From contig OZ241329.1 of the NCBI GenBank assembly GCA_965199825.1, positions 576,001 through 640,000 of the forward strand: a stretch of DNA of 64,000 bases. The letters run 5' to 3'. The stretch is from Bdellovibrionales bacterium (GTDB taxonomy: Bacteria; Bdellovibrionota; Bdellovibrionia; Bdellovibrionales; UBA1609). This document shows positions 17,900 through 28,349 of the stretch, piece after piece (positions within the stretch are counted from its first letter, which is position 1; each line of letters opens with the position of its first letter). The notes under the pieces were generated by a model. That model was not told the DNA's origin, did not search any database, and saw only the letters and a program-made list of their open reading frames with translations. The translations under genes were made by a program, and so were the position numbers.

Positions 17900-18255
17900 C
17901 GGGCGTTTTTTTGATTTGGACCACTGAGCACGACAAGTCCAAATACAAAATTTTATCACCTGCGGGAATTTGCGATCGCAACAAACCAACCTCTTGAAAA
18001 TTGCTAGTGCACTGTCATTATTTGCACCAAACAAAATTAGTTTTAATAAAAAATGGTTTATTTTCCGCACAATCAACGAAGCATTAAATCAAACCCAGTT
18101 TAAAACCCCCTCGGAGATTTCGTTCTTGCCATACACTTTCTTGCAACAGGAATACCTTATTGCGTATACAAGACATACCTTCGTTCACACTTCAAACTTA
18201 CAAACCCGCCCAATATGATCCGCCTCAAAGCGATAAATTTGGACTAAGGTCCACT

Positions 18256-18282
18256 TCAGGTCTCAATGTGCGCCACCGAAAT
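18256..18282 (+). promoter_or_regulatory. sigma28 (FliA)-like promoter of flagellin
   Basis: TCAG-N15-ACCGAAAT. Confidence 0.5.
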
Positions 18283-18378
18283 GTTTCATAGAAATACAAT
18301 AACCGGGTCCATGAAGGTCCTGTAAGCCAAGGTTGGCTACTTATTAAGGATGATAAGCACGTTTAAGGAGGACTACTC

Positions 18379-19212
18379 ATGGGACTACGAATCGCTACGA
18401 ACGTAGCATCACTCAACGCCCAAAGATCAATGGCCACTACTAACCGCTCGATGGACACATCGCTTGCACGACTGAGCTCGGGATACCGAATCAATCAAGC
18501 AGCTGACGATGCTGCCGGTCTTGCGATCAGTGAAAATCTCAAAGGCCAAATTCGCGGCTTAAGACAAGCATCGCGAAACGCCAATGACGGAATATCACTC
18601 GTTCAAGTTGCTGAAGGCGGCTTAAACGAAATTTCAAGCATGCTGATTCGCCTTCGTGAATTGGGAGTTCAAGCTTCATCTGATACGATCGGTGATGTTG
18701 AGCGCAAATTTATCGATGTGGAATACCAACAATTAAAATCTGAAGTTCAACGTATCTCGGAAGTTACACGCTTTAACGGTCGCGACCTTTTAAACGGCAG
18801 CGGCGGAGTCGTCGACATCCAAGTTGGTGTTTATAACGATTCATTTAAAGATCGAATTTCATTTGATGCCTCAGCTGCAAATGCTTCGACCGAAGCTTTG
18901 GGTCTTGCGACCGAAAATGTTGCGGTTAAAGAAAGTGCACAAACAAGTCTTGATGTGATCGATCACGCATTGGTTTCTGTTAACGCGATGAGAGCTAATC
19001 TCGGAGCGCTTCAAAACCGTATGACTTCGACAATCAACAACTTGGCGATTGCGCATGAGAACTTGTCGGCTGCGAACTCTCGTATCCGCGATACAGATAT
19101 TGCTGAAGAGACCGCTGAACTCACACGAAATACCATCATGAAACAAGCTGGTGTGTCGGTTTTGGGTCAAGCGAACTCGATGCAACAAGCTGTTCTTAAA
19201 TTATTATCATAA
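18379..19212 (+). CDS. fliC: Flagellin
   Basis: MGLRIATN, LSSGYRINQAADDAAGLAISE, SRIRDTDIAEE. Confidence 0.97.
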   Translation: MGLRIATNVASLNAQRSMATTNRSMDTSLARLSSGYRINQAADDAAGLAISENLKGQIRGLRQASRNANDGISLVQVAEGGLNEISSMLIRLRELGVQASSDTIGDVERKFIDVEYQQLKSEVQRISEVTRFNGRDLLNGSGGVVDIQVGVYNDSFKDRISFDASAANASTEALGLATENVAVKESAQTSLDVIDHALVSVNAMRANLGALQNRMTSTINNLAIAHENLSAANSRIRDTDIAEETAELTRNTIMKQAGVSVLGQANSMQQAVLKLLS

Positions 19213-19213
19213 C

Positions 19214-19281
19214 TGTTTTAGAGCCCGCGTGAAAAACGCGAGCTTGTTTTAGAGCCCGCGTGAAGAGCGCGGGCTTTTTTA
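19214..19281 (+). terminator. Tandemly duplicated terminator hairpin (2 x 31 bp)
   Basis: TGTTTTAGAGCCCGCGTGAAAAACGCGAGCT, then TGTTTTAGAGCCCGCGTGAAGAGCGCGGGCT plus a T tract. Confidence 0.8.
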
Positions 19282-19593
19282 ATTTTCGACTGAAGGCTGC
19301 GGCGTGTTTGTCATCGAAGACAAAGTCTGTAGTGCTTGCGAAATCGTTGCACCACGTATGGCGACAAATTTGTTTTTTCCTGTTTCCCCGCTGATAATTT
19401 CAATGTCCGCTTTTTCAACAGCAAAAATTTGGGCCAAAAAATTGACCACATTATCACCGTTTTGAATTTTTATTTTAAGTCGATCTTGAAAGTTTCCAAC
19501 AATCTCGCTGCGCGAGGCATTGGTTTGAACATGAAGCGCGAGCCGAATTCCCGTAGAAGATTCTGAGAGAAATGGGTATTTCATAACAATCAA
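19279..19593 (-). CDS. yggU: DUF167/YggU-family protein
   Basis: LHVQTNASRSEIVG, IEIISGETGKNK; context next to divIVA. Confidence 0.8.
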   Translation of the reverse strand: MIVMKYPFLSESSTGIRLALHVQTNASRSEIVGNFQDRLKIKIQNGDNVVNFLAQIFAVEKADIEIISGETGKNKFVAIRGATISQALQTLSSMTNTPQPSVEN

Positions 19594-20159
19594 GTTTCCG
19601 CCGTTAAAACAGCTTTTGAAACTGCGTCGTTGACCTTTGCACGAATGGCCTTGGCATCTTCTTCTTCATTGAGATCCACATTAAATCGGGCTTCTAAAAT
19701 CGGGCTTGGCATAATCTTATGGCCTTGCTCAAGCATGGTGAGATGCGATTGAACAATGGCGCGAATATTATTTTCAAACTGCATACGGACACGCTTAAGG
19801 TCATTAACCTCTTGATAGATTTTGCGCAGGCTATCGCGAGCATCCCGAACAATCATATCCGATTTTTGATTGGCATCTGACAAAATCAGTTTGGCCTCGC
19901 GTTCGGCATCGGAGTGAATGCGCTCCGACATGCGGGTCGCGGTGGTGATTGTGCTTTTAAGCAATTCATCGCGTTCTTTAAATTCGGTGAGCATCAATTC
20001 TTTTTCGCGCAAAGCTTCTTTGAGTGCATTGCGGTCACGAATAATGTTTTCCATTTCGTCTGCAATACTTCTTAAAAAGTCGTGAACTTCTTCGGAGTCT
20101 AGGCCCATTAACTTTTTCGAAAATACTTTATGGGCAATATCTATCGGCGCGATTTTCAA
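19590..20159 (-). CDS. divIVA: DivIVA-domain protein
   Basis: IAPIDIAHKVFSKKLMGLDSEEVHDFL followed by a coiled coil. Confidence 0.92.
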   Translation of the reverse strand: MKIAPIDIAHKVFSKKLMGLDSEEVHDFLRSIADEMENIIRDRNALKEALREKELMLTEFKERDELLKSTITTATRMSERIHSDAEREAKLILSDANQKSDMIVRDARDSLRKIYQEVNDLKRVRMQFENNIRAIVQSHLTMLEQGHKIMPSPILEARFNVDLNEEEDAKAIRAKVNDAVSKAVLTAET

Positions 20160-20194
20160 ATGGACCCCCTTTATGCATTTTTAGTTTATGAAAT

Positions 20195-21052
20195 TTAAGT
20201 TTTTGATTCAACATTTCTTAATGGTGCTTGGCCTAGTTCTCGATCTCTTAAAACCGCTTTTTCAAATGAGTATCTTAGCGCTCTCTCGATTTCGAGTTCT
20301 CGCATCGAGCTTAAGCCCGCGGCGGTCACTCCTTTTTTGCTCACAACTTTACTTTGCAACTCTTCAAGAGGGAGCGTCACATCTTGCGAAGCCAAGGTGG
20401 ATGCACCTAAAAAAGTTTGGATCGTCATGTTCCTTGCTTGATCAGGATCAAAGTCGTGCTCCTCGAGCCACTCTTGCCAATACTGCATCAATTCAAAAAC
20501 AAATCCCACTCCACTGCTTGCCGCTACAGTAAGCGCCTCAAACGCCTCACCTTCATCGACCTTGATGACATATCCCAGCTGTGCAAAAAGCTCTTCGACC
20601 AAGGGGCCCGCATCGCTCGTTTTTGCCGAAACACAATATCCAATCACACCTTTATTAATCACGATGGGCGAGTTGGGCATGACCCGCACGAGAGCTCCAG
20701 CTTCAGGCAAAAGTTTTCTGAGTTCCTTAAGACTGACACCCGCAGCAAGACTCATTACGGTATGACCTGAATGAAAGGTGCTCGCAATCGGTTCGAGGGC
20801 TTGCACCAAATCCTGAGGTTTGACCCCAATGATGACGACGTCACAGCTTTCTATTAATTCTTCGTTGGTGGCGTAGGTTCTGATTTTTAACGATTCTGCC
20901 AAGCGATTGAGTTTACCACCCGAGCGATTGCTTGCCGAAATTTGGGCAGGAATTAAAGTTTTTGAATCAAGAAGTCCACGAATGATTGCTTGGTTGATGT
21001 GACCCGTACCTAAAAAACCGAACCGGCGAATTTTCAAAGTGGAATTTGACAT
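20195..21052 (-). CDS. proC: Pyrroline-5-carboxylate reductase
   Basis: FLGTGHI, VKPQ, SLAAGV, RVMPNSP, VVSKKGVT. Confidence 0.93.
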   Translation of the reverse strand: MSNSTLKIRRFGFLGTGHINQAIIRGLLDSKTLIPAQISASNRSGGKLNRLAESLKIRTYATNEELIESCDVVIIGVKPQDLVQALEPIASTFHSGHTVMSLAAGVSLKELRKLLPEAGALVRVMPNSPIVINKGVIGYCVSAKTSDAGPLVEELFAQLGYVIKVDEGEAFEALTVAASSGVGFVFELMQYWQEWLEEHDFDPDQARNMTIQTFLGASTLASQDVTLPLEELQSKVVSKKGVTAAGLSSMRELEIERALRYSFEKAVLRDRELGQAPLRNVESKT

Positions 21053-21089
21053 AACTCACACTAGCATCGCGACTCGGTGACGGGAACAT

Positions 21090-21446
21090 TTAAAAAGTAA
21101 CTACCAATGCTAAAGTTAATAGTGCTGGTATCATTTGGATCGCCCAGATTTTTTTATGAACCGAATAGCCACCATAAAGACCCGCGATCGCGATACAAAT
21201 TAAAAAATAAACTTGAGCATCAAAAGCTATTGCGGGGTCGCACAGACTCAAAAGTAGACCCATGGCCAAAAAGCCGTTGTAAAGACCTTGGTTGGCGGCA
21301 AGTGCAGATGTTGCCAACGCATGATCTTTTGAAATTCTAAAAATTTTAAGCCCAATTGGTTTTGTATAAAAAAACATTTCGAGAATCAAAAATCCAAAAT
21401 GTTGAAGGCTTATAAGTGCGACGAGACTAACAACCACAGTATGCAT
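21090..21446 (-). CDS. DUF1304 membrane protein
   Basis: HFGFLILEMF, LAANQGLYNGFLA. Confidence 0.9.
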   Translation of the reverse strand: MHTVVVSLVALISLQHFGFLILEMFFYTKPIGLKIFRISKDHALATSALAANQGLYNGFLAMGLLLSLCDPAIAFDAQVYFLICIAIAGLYGGYSVHKKIWAIQMIPALLTLALVVTF

Positions 21447-21464
21447 TGAATAATCGTAAACGAT

Positions 21465-22112
21465 TTATTGGCGACTTCCAAACAATATGGTTCCAAGCCG
21501 CAAATGCGTGGAGCCCTCAAGGATGGCCCATTCAAAATCATAGCTTGTTCCAAACGAAAAGGTTTCGAGCTTATGATCTTTTCCCCAGCGATAAAGTTTT
21601 TGATAAATATCTCGGCTCTGCTTTTCGTTAAGATTTGGCGGCGGCATTGTCATAATGCCTTTGACCTCGATATTGGAAAATTGTTTTGCAAACTCGATGA
21701 GTTGTTCGGCTTCGATTAAACTTGATCCATCTTTACTACCTTCGTTCGCCGCATTGATTTCGATAAGTACTTCCTGCTTTTGGTTACTGTGCTTAGCGAT
21801 TTCACTCAAAAGACTTTGGCGATCCACCGAATGAATAAGCTGACAAAGATTGGCGATCGCTTTGACTTTGTTCGACTGCAAGTGCCCAATAAAATGCCAT
21901 TCGACATGGGGGAGCGCTTTTTGTTTTGGTAAAAACTCTTGCACATAATTTTCGCCAAAAACTTTAAGACCCAAACTCTCAGCCTCGCTCACGGTTTCTA
22001 TCGGCCATTTTTTTGTGACACCGATCAAGGTTACAGAATCAGATTTGCGGTTTGATTTTTGACAACTTGTTGCGATTTGATTTTTGATTCGCTCAAGATT
22101 TTCGCTGAACAT
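21465..22112 (-). CDS. yggS: YggS-family PLP homeostasis protein
   Basis: LIGVTK, FGENYVQE, WHFIGHLQSNKVK, HLRLGTILFG. Confidence 0.95.
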   Translation of the reverse strand: MFSENLERIKNQIATSCQKSNRKSDSVTLIGVTKKWPIETVSEAESLGLKVFGENYVQEFLPKQKALPHVEWHFIGHLQSNKVKAIANLCQLIHSVDRQSLLSEIAKHSNQKQEVLIEINAANEGSKDGSSLIEAEQLIEFAKQFSNIEVKGIMTMPPPNLNEKQSRDIYQKLYRWGKDHKLETFSFGTSYDFEWAILEGSTHLRLGTILFGSRQ

Positions 22113-22692
22113 CGAGTCCTTCGTTTTTTAGAGTCTTGATAAAGTCCTCAATCGGAAATCCAATCACGGTTGAAAGCGCGCCAACATACATTTTAACAAA
22201 TTTTTTGGCTTCGCCTTGGATTCCGTAAGCCCCCGCCTTGTCAAAAGGTTCGCCACTTTTGATGTAACTTGAAATCTGACTTTGGCTTAATTTTAAAAAC
22301 TCAACTGAGGTCGTGCTCACCTTGCTGATCAGTTTTAAATCTCTAAAATTAAAAATACTAAATGCGGAGATCACTTGATGAGTCTTGCCAGAGAGGGCCT
22401 CAAGCATTTGGGCCGCATGATCTGCCGATTTAGGCTTTCCGAGTAGACAAAGGTCCTGAACAACCATTGTGTCCGCAGAAAGGCCCAAAATATTTTGACC
22501 CTTGAGACTCGGATGAGCCTCGACGAAGGCCTTGATTTTGGATTCGGAAATTGCCCGAATAGCTTCGGATGGAGTCAGGTTTTTATCAATAGTTTCCGAT
22601 ACTTTTACAGGGCTTACAGAAACTTCGAAACGAGCGTCTTGAAGAATTTGAAGTCTTCTTGGAGATTGTGATGCCAAAATTATTTTGTACAT
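22093..22692 (-). CDS. maf: Maf nucleotide pyrophosphatase
   Basis: IILASQSPRR, ADTMV, LGKP, EPFDKAGAYGIQG. Confidence 0.95.
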   Translation of the reverse strand: MYKIILASQSPRRLQILQDARFEVSVSPVKVSETIDKNLTPSEAIRAISESKIKAFVEAHPSLKGQNILGLSADTMVVQDLCLLGKPKSADHAAQMLEALSGKTHQVISAFSIFNFRDLKLISKVSTTSVEFLKLSQSQISSYIKSGEPFDKAGAYGIQGEAKKFVKMYVGALSTVIGFPIEDFIKTLKNEGLDVQRKS

Positions 22693-22722
22693 GGAGATGG
22701 TTTAAACACTACTGGAATCTAA

Positions 22723-23628
22723 ATGTTAAGCTTTGACTTTGTTCTCCTCATCTCTGGACTCGGACTCACTGCAATTGCGGTTTATTTTTTCATGTCTGCG
22801 GTGTTCACCAACAATGCCGATGCGCAAGCTCTGGCGTGGGCTTCGGGTGATGAGCCAGTAAAATCAAAATCGGCATTTATCAACTTCTCTCGCCCTCTTG
22901 TTCACAACTTTACTTTGCAGCATGCCTTAAGAATCAAAAGCCCTCGCTACCGTGCGAATTTAGAGCGCAAGATTTTAACCGCAGGTTTAGGCGGCGAACT
23001 CAATCCCAATGAATTTATTGGTCTCCAGATTCTATGGGGATTGATGTTTCCGATTGCACTCTCGGTATTGAATTTTGCTTTGCAACTTGGCTATCCGTAT
23101 TATTTGTGTGTTCTGTTTGGTCTTGCAGGATCTTATTTTCCGCATCTTCATTGTAACGGTTCAAAACGAGTGCGCTACATTGCGGTGGTCGCCGATCTTC
23201 CATTTTTTATTGATCTGCTCGCACTCTCCACCGAAGCCGGTCTTGATTTCATCAATGCCATTCAACGCATTGTCGATAAATCTGAAAATAGCGTTTTGGC
23301 TCAAGAACTCAATATTGTTTTAAAAGATATCAAGTTGGGTTCATCACGAAGCGAATCCCTCAAAGCATTTTCGGTGCGATTAGATATTCCAGAAATCACA
23401 AGTTTTGTGGCGGTGATCAATGATGCCGATCAAACGGGCGCAAGTATCGCAAAGGTTTTAAAAGACCAATCGATTCAGATGCGGCTTGAGCGATTTGTAC
23501 GCGCAGAAAAAGAAGGTGCCAAGGCCTCACAAAAAATGTTGATCCCGATGATGATTTTTATTTTGCCCGCAGTTTTCATTATGGTGTTTGCGCCGGTGAT
23601 CCTCCAATTTTTTTATGGAGGCAACTGA
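22723..23628 (+). CDS. tadC: Tad pilus inner-membrane platform protein TadC (T2SS F family)
   Basis: LPFFIDLLALSTEAGLDF, QTGASIAKVL, RAEKEGAKASQKMLIPMMIFILP. Confidence 0.9.
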   Translation: MLSFDFVLLISGLGLTAIAVYFFMSAVFTNNADAQALAWASGDEPVKSKSAFINFSRPLVHNFTLQHALRIKSPRYRANLERKILTAGLGGELNPNEFIGLQILWGLMFPIALSVLNFALQLGYPYYLCVLFGLAGSYFPHLHCNGSKRVRYIAVVADLPFFIDLLALSTEAGLDFINAIQRIVDKSENSVLAQELNIVLKDIKLGSSRSESLKAFSVRLDIPEITSFVAVINDADQTGASIAKVLKDQSIQMRLERFVRAEKEGAKASQKMLIPMMIFILPAVFIMVFAPVILQFFYGGN

Positions 23629-23966
23629 TGAAGCTGTATCATCAAAACACAGTATTGGCTGAAAATGTGATTGAGGCCAAAACTTTTATCCAACGAGGCA
23701 TTGGCTTATTGGGCCGAAGCTCATTTCCCGATGATTCCACTCTTTGGATTAAGCCCTGCAATAATATCCACACCTGTTTTATGAAATTCGAAATGGACGC
23801 CATCTTTGTTGATAGAGAACTTCGCGTTGTTCGGGTGATCCATAATATGAAGCCTTACCGTTTCATCTTATATGTTCCAAAGGCAGCATCGGTATTTGAA
23901 TTTTACAAAGATGTTTTAAAAAATAAAGTTCTCAACCATGGAGATCAACTTCATGTGGGCACTTAA
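23628..23966 (+). CDS. DUF192-family protein
   Basis: RGIGLLGR, WIKPCNNIHTCFMKFEMDAIFVD. Confidence 0.88.
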   Translation: MKLYHQNTVLAENVIEAKTFIQRGIGLLGRSSFPDDSTLWIKPCNNIHTCFMKFEMDAIFVDRELRVVRVIHNMKPYRFILYVPKAASVFEFYKDVLKNKVLNHGDQLHVGT

Positions 23967-25503
23967 ACTTTTAACTGGTCCACTCGCGGGCCAACTATTT
24001 AATTTAAAAGAAGGCACCAATCAAGTGGGTCGAGCTCCGCATTGCGAAGTCAAACTTCCTTCGAGTGGTGTTTCAAAAGAGCATGCAAAGATTGATGTGC
24101 TTGGTGGAAAATTAATTATCACTGATCTGAACTCGCGCAATGGAACCTTTCTTAATGGCATTCAAGTCAAAAGCCAAAGAATGGCCGAAGGTGATAAAAT
24201 TGCCTTCCATGATATTTTGGTTGAACTGGTTCAGGGTCAAGCCCAACCGCGAGTGGCACAGGCGCGAACGCCCCTTCAACCCAAACCAGAATATCCAAGT
24301 TTTGAGCAACCCTCCAATGAGTTTGAAGCCCCTGTGCCGGTTAAACTTGAAATGTTTCAATGGCTCAGAAATTATGTTGAGACCGTGGCGCTTCCCGGGG
24401 TGTACCGACTCCCAGAGATCGTTGAATTCAAATTTGTACTCCTTGGTTTTATGGCTTTGTTTTTGATCTTTACAACATCGCTCTCGTCGATCCCTTTAAT
24501 GACGATCTTAAAATCAAGTATCGAAAAAGAAAGTCAACGACGAGCCCTAACGATTGCAAGAACATTGGCCCAAATCAACCGTCCAGCGCTGATGCAAGGA
24601 CTTGAGAGTTCGGTCACGATCGACATCGCCGCGCGCGAGCCCGGGGTGGAAAAAGCGATGATCATTTCGCACGTGGATGGAAATGTTATTGCTCCTGCAA
24701 GTCTTGCCGGAACTTATCCCAACATCCCATTTGTCCACGAAGCCCGCAGATTAAATAAAGAAGCTGTTGAGCAGTTAAGCAATAGCCGCATTGGAGCCCT
24801 TGTTCCGATTGAATTTTTTAATGCCGAAACGGGCGCAAACCAAACAGCCGCCTATGCCGTTGTAATTTATGATATGGGCACACTCGCTGTGGACGATGGT
24901 AGAACTTTGAGTTTGTTTATTCAAACCTTTGTGATTGCGCTTATCGTGGGTGGACTCTTATTTTTCTTTATGTATAAATTGATCGAGTTCCCGTTAAGTA
25001 GCGTCAATAACCAACTGAGTACGGCCCTGCGCGAAGGACAAACCCAAGTTCAGAGCAAATATTTATTTCCTGCTTTGCAAACATTAATCACCAATATTAA
25101 CTCCTCCCTTCACCGCATGGGTCAGAGCAATCCCCAAGAGTCTCATGTGAATGAAAGAGACCGCCATTCTGAGATGTCAAATTTGGTGGAACTCATGGGG
25201 TTTGGTGCAATTGCAGTTTCGGCCAACAGTCAAGTTATCACAGCAGTGAATCCCGCTTTTGAACAGAGCACGGGACTCTCAGTCTCACAACTCCAGCATG
25301 GATCTTTAACCCAAATTCCTGATCAATCGCTTAAGAAAAGTCTGGTTGATTTGGTTGAACGATTACAAAATGCTCCAGATCAAATGGCCACAAATGATCT
25401 CGAATTTTCGGGACGAAATTATCAAGTGGCGGGGCAAGCGGTTTTTGGAGCCGAAAAAGTGGCTTACTTTTTATTCGTTCTTGTACCGGTGGAGGGTGCT
25501 TAA
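23953..25503 (+). CDS. FHA-domain membrane protein
   Basis: N-terminal FHA (VGR, SKEHA, DLNSRNGTFLNG), two TM helices around a periplasmic domain, PAS-like C-terminus. Confidence 0.85.
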   Translation: MWALKLLTGPLAGQLFNLKEGTNQVGRAPHCEVKLPSSGVSKEHAKIDVLGGKLIITDLNSRNGTFLNGIQVKSQRMAEGDKIAFHDILVELVQGQAQPRVAQARTPLQPKPEYPSFEQPSNEFEAPVPVKLEMFQWLRNYVETVALPGVYRLPEIVEFKFVLLGFMALFLIFTTSLSSIPLMTILKSSIEKESQRRALTIARTLAQINRPALMQGLESSVTIDIAAREPGVEKAMIISHVDGNVIAPASLAGTYPNIPFVHEARRLNKEAVEQLSNSRIGALVPIEFFNAETGANQTAAYAVVIYDMGTLAVDDGRTLSLFIQTFVIALIVGGLLFFFMYKLIEFPLSSVNNQLSTALREGQTQVQSKYLFPALQTLITNINSSLHRMGQSNPQESHVNERDRHSEMSNLVELMGFGAIAVSANSQVITAVNPAFEQSTGLSVSQLQHGSLTQIPDQSLKKSLVDLVERLQNAPDQMATNDLEFSGRNYQVAGQAVFGAEKVAYFLFVLVPVEGA

Positions 25504-25509
25504 ACTCAA

Positions 25510-26442
25510 GTGAATCAGCTTAAAGTCGCAAGTCAACTCCCGCAGACCGAATTTCGTTTGGTGGTCCTCAACGGCCCTGAGCGCGGGGCGATCTATCGCC
25601 TTTTGTCGCCCCAGGTGACTCTAGGTCGCGGTGCTGATTGTGATATTGTTTTGTCTTATGATTCTAAGTGTAGCCGTCGACATGCCCAAATTAATTTTAA
25701 TGGAACCCAATTCGAAGTCCATGACATCAGCGATCGCAACAAAATTTATGTCAATGGCCACGAAGTTAAAAATTCTTTATTGACCGAAAACACCACCCTC
25801 CTCTTAGGCGAAACAGAACTGCGCTTTGAGTCGGCAAATTCAATATCTGTAAAAGATCCCACCAGGGTGTCGATTCCACTCAACTTTAAAAAACCAAAGA
25901 TCAATCCCATACAGATTGTTATCGTTTTGGTTGTGTTGATTTTTGGCTACATCTTAATGTCGAGCTCGGCAAAAAAACGTGCTGAAGTGAGCATCCGAAA
26001 TGACGAGCAGATTCAAGCCGACATTGCCACAGCCGAAGCCCTAAAAGAATCGGCGAGCAAAAAACGCTTAGGTAGTGCAACCGGCAATCCTAACGAAGAG
26101 CTTGCGATGGATGAGTCTCAAGCGATTTACATTCGTGGATTTCGTGATTATCGCAAAGGACAATACGGGCGAGCACTTGAATCCTTTCAAGCCTGCTTGT
26201 CGATTTATCCTCAACACGTTTTATGCAATAGGTATAAAAGATTAAGTGAACGAAAGTACAATGAGCTGGTTCAATATCAAATGGTTCTTGGACGAAGGTA
26301 TCGGGATCAGCAGCAGTATTCGGCTTGTGTGGCTGCATTTCAGAATGTGATGTACATGATTTTAGACACCAATAATGCCACCTTTAAAGAAGCAAAGGCG
26401 AACTATCAAGCCTGCGCCACATTTATAGGAGAGCGATACTGA
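25510..26442 (+). CDS. FHA-domain, TM and TPR protein
   Basis: LGRG, SRRHA; TM ~130-150; helical TPR-like C-terminus. Confidence 0.85.
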   Translation: MNQLKVASQLPQTEFRLVVLNGPERGAIYRLLSPQVTLGRGADCDIVLSYDSKCSRRHAQINFNGTQFEVHDISDRNKIYVNGHEVKNSLLTENTTLLLGETELRFESANSISVKDPTRVSIPLNFKKPKINPIQIVIVLVVLIFGYILMSSSAKKRAEVSIRNDEQIQADIATAEALKESASKKRLGSATGNPNEELAMDESQAIYIRGFRDYRKGQYGRALESFQACLSIYPQHVLCNRYKRLSERKYNELVQYQMVLGRRYRDQQQYSACVAAFQNVMYMILDTNNATFKEAKANYQACATFIGERY

Positions 26443-28349
26443 TGAAACTGATTGTCAGAAATCGCGGGCAAGAGGTCACCCGATTCGAACTCGAATCCGG
26501 CCGCGAATATTTTGCTGGGCGCAGCCGCGACTGCGCAGTGGTGCTCGAGGGTGCCAAAGCAATATCTCGCCAACACGTTAAATTTTTTGAGCGCAATGGA
26601 ATATGGGTGGCCCAACTGATCTCGCGATTTAGCGGGATGATTTATGAGGGTCAATCCGTACAGATTTTAGAACTTAACAAAGGTGCCGTTTTTAATATCG
26701 AAAATTACGAATTTTCGATTGAAGAGGCCGAGGTTGTTTCGGTTCCTCAATCCAGCAATGCAATCGCCATTCGGGACCAAAACCAATCCATGGTGGAAGA
26801 TGATGCCTTTGCAGGAAATATCGAAGCCACGGTTGCCGGATTTTCGACTCTCGAACCATTTTTAAAAGTGCAATACGGCACAACCCAAAAGGCCGAAGTT
26901 TTTCGACTTGAGGGAAATGTTTGGGTTGCCGGTCGCGAACCCCAGTGCGAAATATTTTTGGACGACCGACAAATTAGCCGGAGACATTTTGAGCTCTCAA
27001 GAACTCATGAGGGAATTTACATTGCTGATCTCGGGAGTGCCAACGGCACCCAAGTGAATGGCGAAGCCTTGGTGCCTCATGAGCCATTTAAAATTTCGAG
27101 TGGCGATAAAATTAACATTCTTGATGTTGAAATTGATTTTGAACTTCGTGATGCACAGTTCGATTCCAAAGCAAGTAGTCTTGTTCCATCGGCCTACGTC
27201 CCTCCCCAGGATCAATTCTTGCCCCAAGAGTATCAACCGCCCTCACCGCTTCAACGAGTTGAACGCTCTGCACCTCCACAAAAAGATTTTAAAAAGCTCG
27301 GCATGCGTGTGGGTCTTGGTATTGGTGGACTTTTATTAATCATCGGTCTGATGAGCGGTGGCAAAAAAACAAAGGTCGAAGAGACCTCATCCTCATCAAA
27401 TGATTCGGTTGTGAGTTTTGATAAGATGACTCTCGAAAAACAAACTGCAGTAAAAGACAGTTTTAATCTCGCCCGCAATTTGTATGTGGGAGCAAAATAT
27501 GAATTGTGTTTACAAGAACTCAAAAAACTTCATTTACTTGTTCCGTTTTATGACAACTCAAAAGAGCTTGTGACATTGTGTGAACAAGGGGCTGATTTTG
27601 CTAAAGTCAAAGCCGATCTCGATTACAAAGAGCAAGAAAAATTACGCCAAGAACGTGAACTCAAAAGTATTACGGACACGTGTCAGGAAAAATTGAGTGC
27701 CCATCCCGATATGGCAGAAGCTGAATTACAAAATTGCTTAAGCCCCGCAATTGAAATTGATCCTGGCAATGCGAAAGTTGTCGAGCTGACGTCGATATTA
27801 AAGGCGCGATCCGCCGAGCGTGAGGATAAAGCGCGATCGGTTCAGCAAAAACAAGGACGGCTTCGCAATGCCAACGTCCTATTTCAAAAAGCCAAGCAAA
27901 AGGTAAAGGCCGGCAAACTTCGTGAAGGTATCGATGAGTTCGATCGCCTCTTAAGTCTTAATTATCCTGAGGCGCAACAGCTGCGGTCGCAAGCCCAACG
28001 CGAGGTGGCCTCGGTCCAACAGCAGCTCAATCAAAAAGTGGAGCGACTCCTTTCGTCCTGCAAAGACAATCTGAATAAGGCTCACTTTCGTTTGGCATAT
28101 GAAGCCTGCGCAAATGCGAGCAAAGAAGATCCAAAAAATACGGGCGCCCAAAGCTTGATTAAACAATCTTTGTCCGAACTGCGCAGAGAGATGAAAGCGA
28201 TTTACGAAGATAGCGTGATCGAAGAAAGTTTAGGCAATATCGATGCTGCCAAAGAAAAATGGCATCGCCTTTTGACTGAAGACTTAAGCAGCGATGACTA
28301 TTACATCAAAGCCAAACTCAAACTTCAAAAGTATGGCGTGGGTATATGA
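26442..28349 (+). CDS. Double-FHA, TM and TPR protein
   Basis: AGR...ISRQH and AGR...ISRRH...DLGSANGT; TM; long helical C-terminus. Confidence 0.87.
   Translation: MKLIVRNRGQEVTRFELESGREYFAGRSRDCAVVLEGAKAISRQHVKFFERNGIWVAQLISRFSGMIYEGQSVQILELNKGAVFNIENYEFSIEEAEVVSVPQSSNAIAIRDQNQSMVEDDAFAGNIEATVAGFSTLEPFLKVQYGTTQKAEVFRLEGNVWVAGREPQCEIFLDDRQISRRHFELSRTHEGIYIADLGSANGTQVNGEALVPHEPFKISSGDKINILDVEIDFELRDAQFDSKASSLVPSAYVPPQDQFLPQEYQPPSPLQRVERSAPPQKDFKKLGMRVGLGIGGLLLIIGLMSGGKKTKVEETSSSSNDSVVSFDKMTLEKQTAVKDSFNLARNLYVGAKYELCLQELKKLHLLVPFYDNSKELVTLCEQGADFAKVKADLDYKEQEKLRQERELKSITDTCQEKLSAHPDMAEAELQNCLSPAIEIDPGNAKVVELTSILKARSAEREDKARSVQQKQGRLRNANVLFQKAKQKVKAGKLREGIDEFDRLLSLNYPEAQQLRSQAQREVASVQQQLNQKVERLLSSCKDNLNKAHFRLAYEACANASKEDPKNTGAQSLIKQSLSELRREMKAIYEDSVIEESLGNIDAAKEKWHRLLTEDLSSDDYYIKAKLKLQKYGVGI

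Noticed and set aside
19215..19275. GTTTTAGAGC twice, resembling a type II CRISPR repeat start
   Set aside because: The period is only 31 bp with no spacer, each unit is a GC hairpin ending in a T tract (terminator), and there are no cas genes
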